Source of the DNA: Candidatus Latescibacterota bacterium
GTDB lineage: Bacteria; Latescibacterota; UBA2968
Direction of reading: 5' to 3'
NCBI GenBank assembly: GCA_965198115.1
Contig: OZ240241.1
Span: 3,808,001 to 3,872,000, forward strand
Length of the DNA stretch: 64,000 nucleotides
This document shows, piece by piece, positions 28,282-40,071 of this stretch. A program made the position numbers and the translations under genes. A model generated the notes under the pieces. That model saw only the letters and a program-made list of their open reading frames with translations, ran no database searches and had not been told where the DNA came from. Every line of letters begins with the position of its first letter. Within the stretch, counting starts at the first letter, position 1.

Positions 28282-29118
28282 GTGGCCAAACGTCAACGAC
28301 GTCAACTGTCTGTTCTGATCATTCCCGACGACGGGACCCAGACAAGAGAGTTCAAGATCGAGTACTGGGTCGTGCACGCCGTCCTCGCTTTGCAGGTCGT
28401 GCTCCTGGGCATGGTCTGTCTGGGGGGCGTGTTCTACTGGCGGTCGCTGCAGTGGGAGGGTGAAGCGCTTCGCCTTCGCCACGACAACCAGCGTGCCCGA
28501 TTAGAACTCGAGCGTGTGGATGACCTGGCCTCGGTCGTCACACGGATGAAGCTCGTCGATCAGCAGCTTCGAACGATGTTATCACACTCGACGAGGATCG
28601 ATCCCGCTGGCTACTCCTTGCCGGCGGCCTCACGCCCCGCAGAGGAAACCGAGGCGTCGGGGCAACAGCGCGTGACGGTTCGCCAGGTGACGATGCACCA
28701 CGACACGACGATGGACCAGCGTGCGGTGCCGTCTCTGTGGCCGGTCGCCCGTTCGTCGGGTTGGGTGACGCGGGGGTATCGCCCCGATCAAGGTGTGCTT
28801 CTCGATGGACATCCCGGGCTGGACATCGCGGCGGCCGAGGGCACGGTCGTCGTCGCGGCCGCCGACGGCCGCGTGGTCTTTTCGGGAGAAGAAGAGACTC
28901 TGGGTCTGATGGTCGCGATCGACCACTTTGGCGCCTACCTTACCCGGTACGCCCACAATGCGGCACTCATCGTGGAGGTGGGCGAACGGGTGCGGAAGGG
29001 CCAGCCGATCGCGCTCGTCGGCAACACCGGGCAAAGTTCGGGGCCGCATCTGCATTTCGAAATCTGGGAACAGGGGTCACCTCGTGACCCACTGGCTTAT
29101 TTGCCCGACGCGAGGTAG
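28282..29118 (+). CDS. M23 family metallo-endopeptidase with TM anchor and coiled coil
   Basis: HPGLD, YAH, SSGPHLHFEI; GTG start at 28282 after GGGAG. Confidence 0.93.
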   Translation: MAKRQRRQLSVLIIPDDGTQTREFKIEYWVVHAVLALQVVLLGMVCLGGVFYWRSLQWEGEALRLRHDNQRARLELERVDDLASVVTRMKLVDQQLRTMLSHSTRIDPAGYSLPAASRPAEETEASGQQRVTVRQVTMHHDTTMDQRAVPSLWPVARSSGWVTRGYRPDQGVLLDGHPGLDIAAAEGTVVVAAADGRVVFSGEEETLGLMVAIDHFGAYLTRYAHNAALIVEVGERVRKGQPIALVGNTGQSSGPHLHFEIWEQGSPRDPLAYLPDAR

Positions 29119-29124
29119 CACGAG

Positions 29125-29523
29125 ATGGGGCGGACAGTGGACGTGGAGCGGACAGGTGTGAATACGGTCGTCGGAGGAGACTCCGAGCTCGAGGGTCGCT
29201 TCGTTGTGACCGATGGCATCCGTGTGGACGGGACTTTGCGGGGTAGCCTGGAGGCTTCGGGTATCCTCGTGGTCGGGATGACTGGGCGCGTGTTGGCGGA
29301 CCCGATTCGAATCCGGTCCGCGATCATCGCCGGTTACGTGGAAGGAAACGTCGACGCCGAGGGCGAGGTGCGGTTGGATGAGACGGCGACCGTCGTCGGA
29401 ACCATTTCGGGAAGTGTGTTGACGGTCGCCCAGGGCGCCCGTTTGAAGGGTACGTGTGATGTGGGGGACGTCGGGGAGCTGTCCACCACGCCGCCCGAAT
29501 TCAGACAGGCCGCCGCACGCTGA
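29125..29523 (+). CDS. Bactofilin (polymer-forming cytoskeletal protein)
   Basis: TVVGGDSELEG..IRVDG..IIAGYVEGNV..GARLKGTC beta-helix pattern; directly after M23. Confidence 0.92.
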   Translation: MGRTVDVERTGVNTVVGGDSELEGRFVVTDGIRVDGTLRGSLEASGILVVGMTGRVLADPIRIRSAIIAGYVEGNVDAEGEVRLDETATVVGTISGSVLTVAQGARLKGTCDVGDVGELSTTPPEFRQAAAR

Positions 29524-29545
29524 ACCACTCGTCGTCGAAGACAGC

Positions 29546-29585
29546 GGGGCCCCGATGGGATCATCCATCGGGGCCCCTGGCTTTT
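29546..29585 (+). terminator. Intrinsic terminator
   Basis: GGGGCCCCGATGG / CCATCGGGGCCCC stem followed by TGGCTTTT. Confidence 0.75.
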
Positions 29586-29600
29586 GGACGATGTGCGTGT

Positions 29601-30983
<1,383 letters not shown>

Positions 30984-31754
30984 CGGCTTCTTTCAGTTGG
31001 TCGTGCAGATCCTGAGATAGCGTACGCGGCCTGTCCTGGCGGATTTCGGACGCCCACTCCTTCAGGAACTCGATCTCTTCGCTCTCGTCGACCAGGTCGG
31101 GGCGGTCGAACTCGGCGTAGAGCGATCGGATTTCTTCGATTCCTTCTTCGATGTCGATCAGAGCGCCGTCGTAATCGGACGACTCGAGCTTGAGCAGGGC
31201 AGACGCCCTGACACGATGGCCTATGACGAACGGGCGATACTGTTCGAACGCCAGCTTCTCCTCGTCGTCGGCTGCATAGGCTTTGACAAAGTCGAACAGC
31301 CCGAGGTTTCGCTCGGCGTCGAGCCGCGCACGGTCATAGTCTTCCAGTTCGAGGAAGCTGATTCGGCGGTGGTAATACTGGAGGGCTTCGATCTGAAGCA
31401 TCATGCAGGTTTCGGAGTCGAGTGAGAATTCCGCGTCTTCGCCTTCGGGTGTTCTATCTTCAGCGGCTCGGGCCTGAGCCTGATGGTAATGGAGGAGTGA
31501 TTCATAGCCGTGAGGTCTCTGCCCATCGGGCCGTCCTGTTACTTCCATTTGCAGAATGCCCATCTCTATTCTAAGCTGAATCTTTTCTCGACCATCGGCG
31601 CCCTTGATGCGGCGAACACAGAGCTTGCCCGAGTCGTAGGGCCAACCGTCGAGAAGGGGCTGTATGTCGTTGCCCATGAAGAATCCTCCTGGCCGAATGA
31701 GCGGGTAGTTGCCCCTTCGGTCAGTGTGGTTTTGCGCGTCAAACCAACGGTTTG

Positions 31755-31783
31755 AGTGTACGATAATGGGTGGGGCATGTCAA
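31755..31783 (-). promoter_or_regulatory. Sigma70-type promoter for the UVR-hflX operon
   Basis: Minus strand TTGACA-N17-TACACT. Confidence 0.75.
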
Positions 31784-31923
31784 GCCGACCCCCTGTTCGC
31801 ATCCCTCTCCGGACGGGCCATTTAGAGGTAGCGACGGTGTCGAAAGATTCTTTTTCAAACAGACTTCGAGTTGGCTCATAAAGGTGAAGGCCTTCTGTTG
31901 ACTCGTGAGGGAGACGTGAGACG

Positions 31924-34269
31924 TTGATGGATGATCGCAATCGACAGATGACACTCGTAGTCCGTGCTCAAACAGGGGATACGGGCGCATTTGATCAATT
32001 GGTGCGCGACTTTCAGGATATGGCGGTGGCCTATGGATACACACTGCTCGGAGACTTTCATCGCGCTGAGGACGCGGCCCAGGAAGCTTTTCTGGCGGCG
32101 TATCAGAAGCTACCCGACCTGCGTGATCCTCGCGCGTTTCCGGGATGGCTCAAAGCGATCGTGCGTACCAAATGCGGTCGTATGACACGGGGAAAACGAG
32201 TGGAGACCGTTGAACTCAAGGAAGCGGCGACAGCCGAGATCCAGGGCACGCAGGACGATCGTGAGGACTCGGGAGAGATTCTATCTGCCGTTTGGAGCCT
32301 TCCGGAAACGGAGCGCGCTGTGGTCTCACTCTTCTACGTGAGTGCTTACACCCACAGAGAAATCGCCGATTTTCTCGACCTCGAGGTGACGACCGTGCAG
32401 GGAAGGCTTCGATTGGCGAGAGAGCGGCTGAAGGAGCGAATGCTGGCTATGGCGAAACGAAAACTGAGAGAGAACGCACCGTCGCGTGACGCGCGCTTTG
32501 GGGATCGAGTCAGACGGCTCGTGCGGCCGGAAGAGTTGAAGTCGAATGAAGAGATGCCCTGGTCCGGTGGGAAGGGGACCGATGTCTGGGCGATGATCAA
32601 GGCAGCGATCGAGGGAGACGGAGCGACCATCCGGTCACTGGTTGCGAAGGACCCGCGCCTGACCGAATGCTACTACCAGTACAGGCGACCCCTCCACTTT
32701 GCTGTGCAGGAGGGACACGCCGAGATGGTTCAGTTCCTGCTGGACCACGGGGCCGACGCGACCTTCAAGTCGGGCAATCGGTGGCACGAACGACCGATCG
32801 CGATTGCCGAGGAACGGGGTCACGCAGAGGTGCAACAGATTCTTGAGAAGCACCTAGCAGAGACCCACCAGGTTACGGAGGGTGGCGAGCGACTAGCGCA
32901 GATGTTCCGCGATCGCGATGAGGAAGGCATTCTGGCTGCGCTCAAGGCAGATCCCGCATTGCTGAACGCGGCCGACGCGCGGGGCAATCTGCCGATCCAT
33001 TGGACGGTGCTGACACGGAACGTGAGGATGATCGACGCATTGCTAGACCGCGGGGCCGACGTGAACGCGCAGCGACCGGATGGGGCGCGGCCACTGGACC
33101 TCAACAACGGGGACTACTGGTATCGCAAAAACCGAGTTCCGCAGATGACGGATGAAGAGCACCGCGGACTGATCGATCATCTGGTCGCGCGTGGGGCGAT
33201 TTACGACATCTCCGTTGCAGCTCGGTTCGGTGACGCCGAACGCGTGCGTGAGCTCGTGGAGGAAGACCCGTCGCAGGCGAACCGCGTGCCCGACTATTGC
33301 ACCTACTACAACGGCGTCCCGTTGTGGGCGGCGGTCGGATCGGGCGACCGAGAGACGATCGATGTGCTGCTCGACGCGGGGGCCCTGGCGACCACACCGG
33401 AGCCGCAGATGGCGCCCAAGGGTCGTGTCTTGATGTCGGCGGTCGGGGGGGGTGACCTGGAGCTGATCAAGACCTTCCTCGATCAGGGCGCGGACCCGAA
33501 CGCGTATGCCGAGTCCTCGGGTAACGCGATGTCCGCGGCGATCGGCAGGGAGAGGTGGGATGTTCTGAAGCTGATAGCATCCTATGGCGGGACCGTCCCC
33601 GTACACACGGATATGTCGACAGTCGAGCCGGCGGGACTCGAAGCGGTCTACGGGAAGGCGCTACCGCTGCAGTACTACGTGGATGTCGAAGATCTCGAGA
33701 CCTTGAATCGTCGATTCAACGAGGATCCGTGCGCGATCAGGGAGGCCATCTCGATGACGCTTCGGGGGAACGATCTGATGAAACTCGACGTGCTGCGTCT
33801 ATGCCTCGAACGGGATCCCGATTCGGCCAAGACCATGCACGCCAGCAAGCTGATCGGTCTTCTCCATCGTGTCGAGGAGGACCGCGTGGTCGAACCACTC
33901 CGCTGGCTGCTCGGGGCCGGGATGACCCCGAACGATCTGGACTGGATGCGTGTGACCCCGCTCCATCGTCTTGTGGTGGGTGAGTGGTCGCACGGCACGG
34001 ATGGACGGAATTACAACTCGATGTACAAAACGGCTCAACTGTTCATCGAGTACGGGGCGGATCTGGATGCGAGAGACGAAGAGTATTCGTCTACGCCCCT
34101 GGGCTGGGCGGCCAGGTGGGGCAGGGCCGACACGGTTCGTTTGCTGCTGGAGCGTGGGGCCAAGACGAATCTGTCCGACGATCCGCAATGGGCGACGCCG
34201 CTGGCCTGGGCGCAGAAGAAAGGCCACGATGACGTGGAGAGACTGTTGCTCGGCGCCGGGGCCGAGTAA
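31924..34269 (+). CDS. ECF sigma factor fused to a C-terminal ankyrin-repeat region
   Basis: Sigma2 AEDAAQEAFL..FPGWL; sigma4 LPETERAVV..EIADFL; ankyrins PLHFAVQEGH, LPIHW, TPLGWAARWG, TPLAWAQKKGH. Confidence 0.9.
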   Translation: MMDDRNRQMTLVVRAQTGDTGAFDQLVRDFQDMAVAYGYTLLGDFHRAEDAAQEAFLAAYQKLPDLRDPRAFPGWLKAIVRTKCGRMTRGKRVETVELKEAATAEIQGTQDDREDSGEILSAVWSLPETERAVVSLFYVSAYTHREIADFLDLEVTTVQGRLRLARERLKERMLAMAKRKLRENAPSRDARFGDRVRRLVRPEELKSNEEMPWSGGKGTDVWAMIKAAIEGDGATIRSLVAKDPRLTECYYQYRRPLHFAVQEGHAEMVQFLLDHGADATFKSGNRWHERPIAIAEERGHAEVQQILEKHLAETHQVTEGGERLAQMFRDRDEEGILAALKADPALLNAADARGNLPIHWTVLTRNVRMIDALLDRGADVNAQRPDGARPLDLNNGDYWYRKNRVPQMTDEEHRGLIDHLVARGAIYDISVAARFGDAERVRELVEEDPSQANRVPDYCTYYNGVPLWAAVGSGDRETIDVLLDAGALATTPEPQMAPKGRVLMSAVGGGDLELIKTFLDQGADPNAYAESSGNAMSAAIGRERWDVLKLIASYGGTVPVHTDMSTVEPAGLEAVYGKALPLQYYVDVEDLETLNRRFNEDPCAIREAISMTLRGNDLMKLDVLRLCLERDPDSAKTMHASKLIGLLHRVEEDRVVEPLRWLLGAGMTPNDLDWMRVTPLHRLVVGEWSHGTDGRNYNSMYKTAQLFIEYGADLDARDEEYSSTPLGWAARWGRADTVRLLLERGAKTNLSDDPQWATPLAWAQKKGHDDVERLLLGAGAE

Positions 34270-34292
34270 TGTTTATTCGATAGAGGGAATGG

Positions 34293-34328
34293 GTAGGGAC
34301 GGTTCGCGAACCGTCCCTACTTTTTTTT
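34293..34328 (+). terminator. 28-bp GTAG-type REP-like palindrome with a T8 tail acting as terminator
   Basis: GTAGGGACGGTTCGCGAACCGTCCCTAC followed by TTTTTTTT. Confidence 0.75.
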
Positions 34329-35748
34329 GGCTATATCCGGATCTCTCAACGAGATGAAGTGGGTGAAGGTGCCGTGGTTCCTGGCATGGGGGCGCGGTTA
34401 GCGTGTGCGGAACCTCTTCGGAATCTGCTCAGGGATGTTTATGTCTCCGACGGTAAGGAAGATCATATCGTTGAATGCGTCGAGTGTGCGGAATCCGCTG
34501 GCTCGGTTCTTGACGATTTGGACGATTCGGTTGAGGCCTTCGGCGATGGCGTTGGTAAGACGCGTGTTCACGAATGCGAGGACGCCGAAGAAGTGCTGTC
34601 GCAGGGTCCTGACGAACTTTCGCAGGGGTTCAAGTCGACTTCTGAGTGCGGACGTCGTCCAGCATTTCAGGAAGCGTTCGGCAGCCCAGGGCGCTTTGTA
34701 TTCCCAGAACTGCTCGAACTCGTCCTTGAGTCTCCAGGCTCTATAGATTCGGTAGTTCGCCTTCTCCAGTGCTTTGAGTGTCCGAGTATCCCCTCTGGAG
34801 CGTGTCGCTGAGTGCCGGTAGAGGAGCCATCGGAGGCCCTTCATGGCTTTGCGCTCATCCGGGGCAGCTTTACGCCACTGGTCCTTACGGACCTCGTCAA
34901 CGGCGGCATTGAGAGCCTTGACGATGTGAAAGCGATCGAGGACCAGCTTGGCATTCGGACAGTGTTCCTGGATGGCTCCGATGTAAGCTTCGCTCATGTC
35001 GCAGCAGGCCCACTCGATCTTGGATCTCCGGTAGGGACTGAGAGCCTCTGTGAAGAACCGATCGATCGTTTTACGCGCCCTGCCGCGGCCAACCCACACC
35101 ACGCAGGAGCGGTCCAGATCGTAAACGAGCGTGGCGTACCTGTGACGCTTGGCGTAGGAGATCTCGTCGATCCCGATGGTTTTGAGCCCTCGGATACGAT
35201 GACCTTCACGAAGCCGCGTGATGGATCGGTGAAGGAGATCCGACAGCGTCGAGGCAGAGATGCGCAGTAACTCGGACGCCGCCTTCTGCGTCATGGTCTG
35301 GCAGTAGCGCAGCATGGCATACTCGAAGCGATACGTCACCCGAGAGAACCGCTCCGCCCACGGAATCTCCTCGACCACACGACCGTGGGTAGGACACCGA
35401 ATCTCCCGAGGATGGTAGAGAAGCCAGACCCTCCACCCGCACACCGGAATGTCACGCCACCGACGCGGATGGGGCATTGTGCGGACGATTTTACCTCGAC
35501 GGCCGCACTCCGGACAACAACAACCATTCTTATGGGGCTTTACGGCGATGACGAACCAGCTTCTCCCCTCAAACCACCAGCTGACAACACGGAACCCCTT
35601 GAATCTCAGCAGTTTCGATAGTAATCTGCTCCCGGTCATAGGTCGCACCCCCTTCGCTTTGATTGTCCTACACACACAACCAAGCGTAGGGAACGATCTA
35701 TGACCTTGTCATTCTATAGTTTCACCGTTGAGAAACCCGGATAGAGCC
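34329..35748 (-). mobile_element. ISL3-family insertion sequence, copy 1 (1420 bp)
   Basis: IRs GGCTATATCCGGATCTCTCAACG / GGCTCTATCCGGGTTTCTCAACG; flanks T8 and T7; near-identical to 61136-62555. Confidence 0.95.
34398..35675 (-). CDS. ISL3 transposase
   Basis: CPECG zinc ribbon, IGIDEIS, CCDMS, LDRFHIV, TNAIAEGLN. Confidence 0.95.
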   Translation of the reverse strand: MCRTIKAKGVRPMTGSRLLSKLLRFKGFRVVSWWFEGRSWFVIAVKPHKNGCCCPECGRRGKIVRTMPHPRRWRDIPVCGWRVWLLYHPREIRCPTHGRVVEEIPWAERFSRVTYRFEYAMLRYCQTMTQKAASELLRISASTLSDLLHRSITRLREGHRIRGLKTIGIDEISYAKRHRYATLVYDLDRSCVVWVGRGRARKTIDRFFTEALSPYRRSKIEWACCDMSEAYIGAIQEHCPNAKLVLDRFHIVKALNAAVDEVRKDQWRKAAPDERKAMKGLRWLLYRHSATRSRGDTRTLKALEKANYRIYRAWRLKDEFEQFWEYKAPWAAERFLKCWTTSALRSRLEPLRKFVRTLRQHFFGVLAFVNTRLTNAIAEGLNRIVQIVKNRASGFRTLDAFNDMIFLTVGDINIPEQIPKRFRTR

Positions 35749-38700
35749 TTTTTTTCCTCCTGCCTCTGAGCACTCTGCACGCTCAGTCCCAACTCGACCT
35801 GCCGAGCGACTTCAACCCAGGCAACATCGAAACAATCGCTGGAACGGGCACGGCTGGGTTTTCGGGCGATGGAGGCTCAGCCATCTCGTCGAACTTGAAC
35901 CAGCCCTTTGGAGTGTTCGTCGATAAAGCTGGGAATCAGTTCATCGCCGATCGGCTGAACGGACGTATACGGAAGATCGATCCTACCGGAATCATCACGA
36001 CCATTGCCGGCGACGGTTCGAGCTTCAGCCAATTCAACTTCGGCACCGACGGGCAAGTTGCGACAGAGGTCGGTCTGGACCCGATCGATGTGAGCGTCGC
36101 TGACGATGGTCGTGTTTACTTCGTTTCTGGGGACCTCATCCTCCGAATCGAACAGGACGGAACGCTTACGCGTATCGGTGGAACCGCCTCGCTGTTCGGC
36201 GGGAACCCGAACGATCCGCCCGCGCTCGCCACCAGCCTCTCATCACCATCTGGTTTATTCATCGACGGCAATGGTAACATCCTCTTCGCGGAAAAGGGCG
36301 GGCACCGTATCCGATCGATCGCGCCCGACGGCGGCCTTACAATCATCGCTGGAACGGGCTCTGCGGGGTTCTCCGGGGATGGCGGATCAGCCACAGGCGC
36401 TCAGTTGAACGGCCCTACGGCCGTGTTCGTTGATCCTTCCGGCACGGTATTTCTGACTGATGGAGGGAACCACAGAGTCAGGAAAATCGAGAATGGGACC
36501 ATTTCCACTATTGCCGGCTCAGGGGACACCTTCGATTTCACGCTATTCCCCGCAGTCCCAACGGGTGATGGTTTACCCGCAACCGACGCGCCTCTACCGC
36601 AAACACAGGACGTGTTTGTCGACGCGACTGGGAACGTCTATGTCGCATCAAAAGAGATGATTCGGAAGATCGGGACGGACGGAGTCATTACCACGATCGC
36701 TGGAGGTGTGAGCCAGGGTTACGCCGGCGATGGCGGGCCGGCCGCCGGTGCCCTCTTTGCGATTCCACAATCGATCTTCCTCGATGCTGCGGGAAATTTC
36801 TACGTCGCCGACACGTTCAATCACCGCATCAGGCGAATCCAACATACTGACGAGCCCGTCATAGTCGGCCTCGTCGCCAACCCCCCTGAACCCGATTTTG
36901 GAATCGCCCCCGTCGGGTCATCAACCCAGCTTGTGATAGCCACCACCAACAACACCTCCAGCAGCTTCGAACTTCCCGTGCCCACGATTCAAGGTCCCGA
37001 TGCCTCTCTCTTCCGCCTGATCGGGACCAACTTCTTTTTCTTTTTCTTCACGCCGGGGGCCAGCCTCGATCTCACGATCGAGTTCACTCCAACAACGGAT
37101 GGTGTCAAAACCGCTGAATTGGTCGTCGGAACCGACCCATCAGTGACTGTGCCGCTTACGGGTGGTGTCGGCGAAGGGCCGGCGGAAGGTGCCCTTTTTA
37201 CTGCCGCAGGCAACGGCATTCGTGGTACGTCCGGGATTGGCGGCCCCTCGTATGAAGCCTCATTGAATTTACCGAACGACATCGCAATCGACGCCGCCGG
37301 CAATCTCTATATTCCAGACCAGGCCGAGCGAGTCGTCTACAGGGTCGATGCTGCGACTGGAACCCTGTCGCTTTTTGCCGGCGATCCTCCGGAGGGACTG
37401 TCCTTCGCCCTCTTCGAGGGCGATGGGGGCCCCGCGACAGATGCTGTTATGTTGAGCATCACAGGCGTGGCAATCGACAATGCTGGAAACGTCTATATCG
37501 CAGATTCTGGCAACGATCGCATCCGCCAGGTCGACACGGATGGGATCATCAATACGGTCGCAGGCGGTGGTGACCTGATCAACGGTGCGCCGCTCGGTGA
37601 CGGTGGTCCAGCCACGGCCGCTGCCTTCGCCCAGATATCTTCCGTGGTCGTGGACGACGCGGGAAATCTGTTTGTCGCAGATCAGCTCGATCATCGAGTC
37701 CGGCGCGTGGACGCGATGACGGGGGCCATCACGACGTATGCGGGAACAGGGACCGCCGCTTACTCGGGCGACGGTGGACAAGCCGCATCGGCCACCCTGA
37801 ACGAGCCGATCGACCTCCATTTGGACGCGAGCGGCAACCTGTATGTCGCCGACTCCGGTAATAACCGTGTGCGGAGAATCGACGCTCTGACCGGGGTGAT
37901 CACAACTGTCGCCGGGAGTGGGAGTGCGGGAACTCCGTTCGACGACCCGCTCGGCCAACCCGCGACCGCCGCCAACCTCAGCAGCATTCGCAGCGTCCTG
38001 ACAGACGCTTCGGGGAATCTCTTTATCGCCGCCGGGTCGGTCATTCTGAAGGTTGATGCCACAACAGGGTTGCTTGAAGCGCTTGCTGGATCAAGGGTCA
38101 TAACGAGCGACATTCTGTCGGGCGCACTTGCGGACGGACGCCCGGCGACGTTAGCGAGCTTGGATTCCCCACGAGGTCTCGCGCTCGATTCAGCCGGAAA
38201 CCTCTACTTCTCCGACCCATTCGACGGGCGGGTGCGCGTCGTCGTGCTCTCCGATGATCCGCCGGGCTTCACGGCCCCGATCGAAGGTGTCACCGGTCAG
38301 CTCGATCCGGCGATGCTACCCCTTCTAGTGCCTCCGTCCAGTTCTCCGACACCGAGGCTGGAACGGTCTCCGAGTTGCAGTTCACAATCACGAACACGGG
38401 CGACCTGTCTTCGCCCTTCTCCATCGAGCTCGTTGGGGATGACGCTGCGAACTTCAGCGCGACCACAGTCGGTTTCGGGCTCACCGACCTGGAGGGCGGG
38501 CAATCCGTTGACATTCTGGTACGTTTTCTGTCGCTGGGACCCGGCCAAAAGAACGCCACGCTGCGGCTTGCAGGCGTGCTCGATGTGCCACTTAGCGGGA
38601 CGGCGACGGGCGTTGTGGCCGTCCCCGCGACGCTGGCTGCCTCAGTCGAAACGCTCGTCTTCCCCGAGACCGAAGTGGGGTCTTCGGTCGAACTCACGCT

Positions 38701-39433
38701 TACGATTACGAACACCGGAAGCCTGCCGGCCACGGACATAGCCATCAGCAACACGGACATTCTGGCGGGGTTCGAGGTCGTCAGCAGCGAACCTGACGTC
38801 CTTGAGGGAGGCCAGTCCGAAACGTTGACCATCAGGTTTGAACCCCGCACCCGTGGCGAAAACTCCACAACGCTTCGGATTCAGGGCAGCCGCGGTGGCA
38901 CGCTTGGATTCGACTTCGCCATCCTCCTGGAGATCGAGCTGGTGGGGACGGGCACGGGACCCGCCCTCGCGGCATCACAAACCGAAGCTCAGTTCCAGAT
39001 CCTGTCCGCTGGCCAAGACACGGCATCCGCCTCCGTCTTCCTGTTCAACAGAACGAACGATGAGCTGAACGTAACGCTTACGATCGAAGGTGCGGACGCA
39101 GCCGAATTCTCACTCGCCGAGGACATCAATTCAGTCTCGATTATCGAACCGGCCGGGTTCTTCGAGGCTAAACTGACCTTCGAGCGCACGACTCCGGGAG
39201 ACAAGGACGCCACCCTCATCGTATCCCACTTCGAGGGATCGCTCGAATTCGACCTCACAGCCGTCGACATCATTCCTCCTGCCTCGGCGATTCCCCTCGA
39301 GATCGGAGACATCGCGACATTCGCAGGGGGCGCCTTCGGTGACGGTGGCCCTGCGACAGAGGCTCTTATACCGAGGCCTGAAGGTCTGGTTGTGGATCAA
39401 TCCGGGACGCTCCTGTTCATCGACGACCCACGA

Positions 39434-40071
39434 GTCATGACCTCCGGCAAAGCCGGAGGCTTGAAAACTTGTGAACCGCTCAAAGCGGTTGGAAACCAAG
39501 CGCCACCTAAAGGTGGCGATTACCTGAAAATGTTGAGCTGGTCGAGACGCCGGTCCTCCCGCTCCTGGTTCTGGATATACTCCCGAACCGTCTGTTCATC
39601 CTTGCCAACGGTGGAGACCCAGTAGCCTCTTGCCCAGAAATGCTGCCCGGTGAAGTTCGACCTGCGTCCCAGATAGTTCCGAGCAATGTGAATCGCACTC
39701 TTTCCTTTGATGAACCCTACCGTCTGAGCTACTGAGTGCTTCGGCGGGATCGAAATCAGTATGTGCACATGGTCGGATCGCAGGTGACCCTCTTCCACAC
39801 GGCATTCCTTCTGTGCGGCCAGATCCCGAATCACCTCGCCCAGATAGCGACGAAATTTCACCATACAACACTTTTCTACGATACTTCCGAACCCAAACAA
39901 CGTGATACTTGCACTCCCATACCGTGTGACGTAGACTCCTTACGTTGTTCATTAGAGAGCCTTCCTTCCGTGTGCTTTGAGCGGTCCACGGCAAGGGAGG
40001 CTCTTACATATTTCTGGAACTGTCAAACTCTGGGAGTCTCCCCGGCAGAGCCGGGGGCTTACCAAGGTTTA
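39434..40071 (-). mobile_element. IS200-like element (tnpA only), copy 1
   Basis: Subterminal hairpins CCCCGGC-TCT-GCCGGGG and CCTCCGGC-TTT-GCCGGAGG; no TSD; near-identical to 60142-60777. Confidence 0.92.
39520..39952 (-). pseudogene. tnpA: Y1 HUH transposase TnpA, frameshifted near 39853
   Basis: CKYHVVW and DHVH..FWARGY..YIQNQ fall in different frames. Confidence 0.88.

Noticed and set aside
34289-34328. ATG GGT AGG... as the missing start of the NHL gene
   Set aside because: Out of frame with either T7 or T8, lies inside the palindrome, and gives a poor signal peptide
37029-37050. Six consecutive Phe codons as a regulatory or slippage tract
   Set aside because: Mixed TTC/TTT codons with the frame intact, within an Ig-like strand; no supporting structure
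39434-40071. IS605-type element with TnpB or omega RNA
   Set aside because: Only about 637 bp with tnpA alone; no room for tnpB
39736-40071. N-terminal 112 aa of ORF 39736-41046
   Set aside because: Antisense IS200 sequence; the genuine NHL frame resumes at 40072
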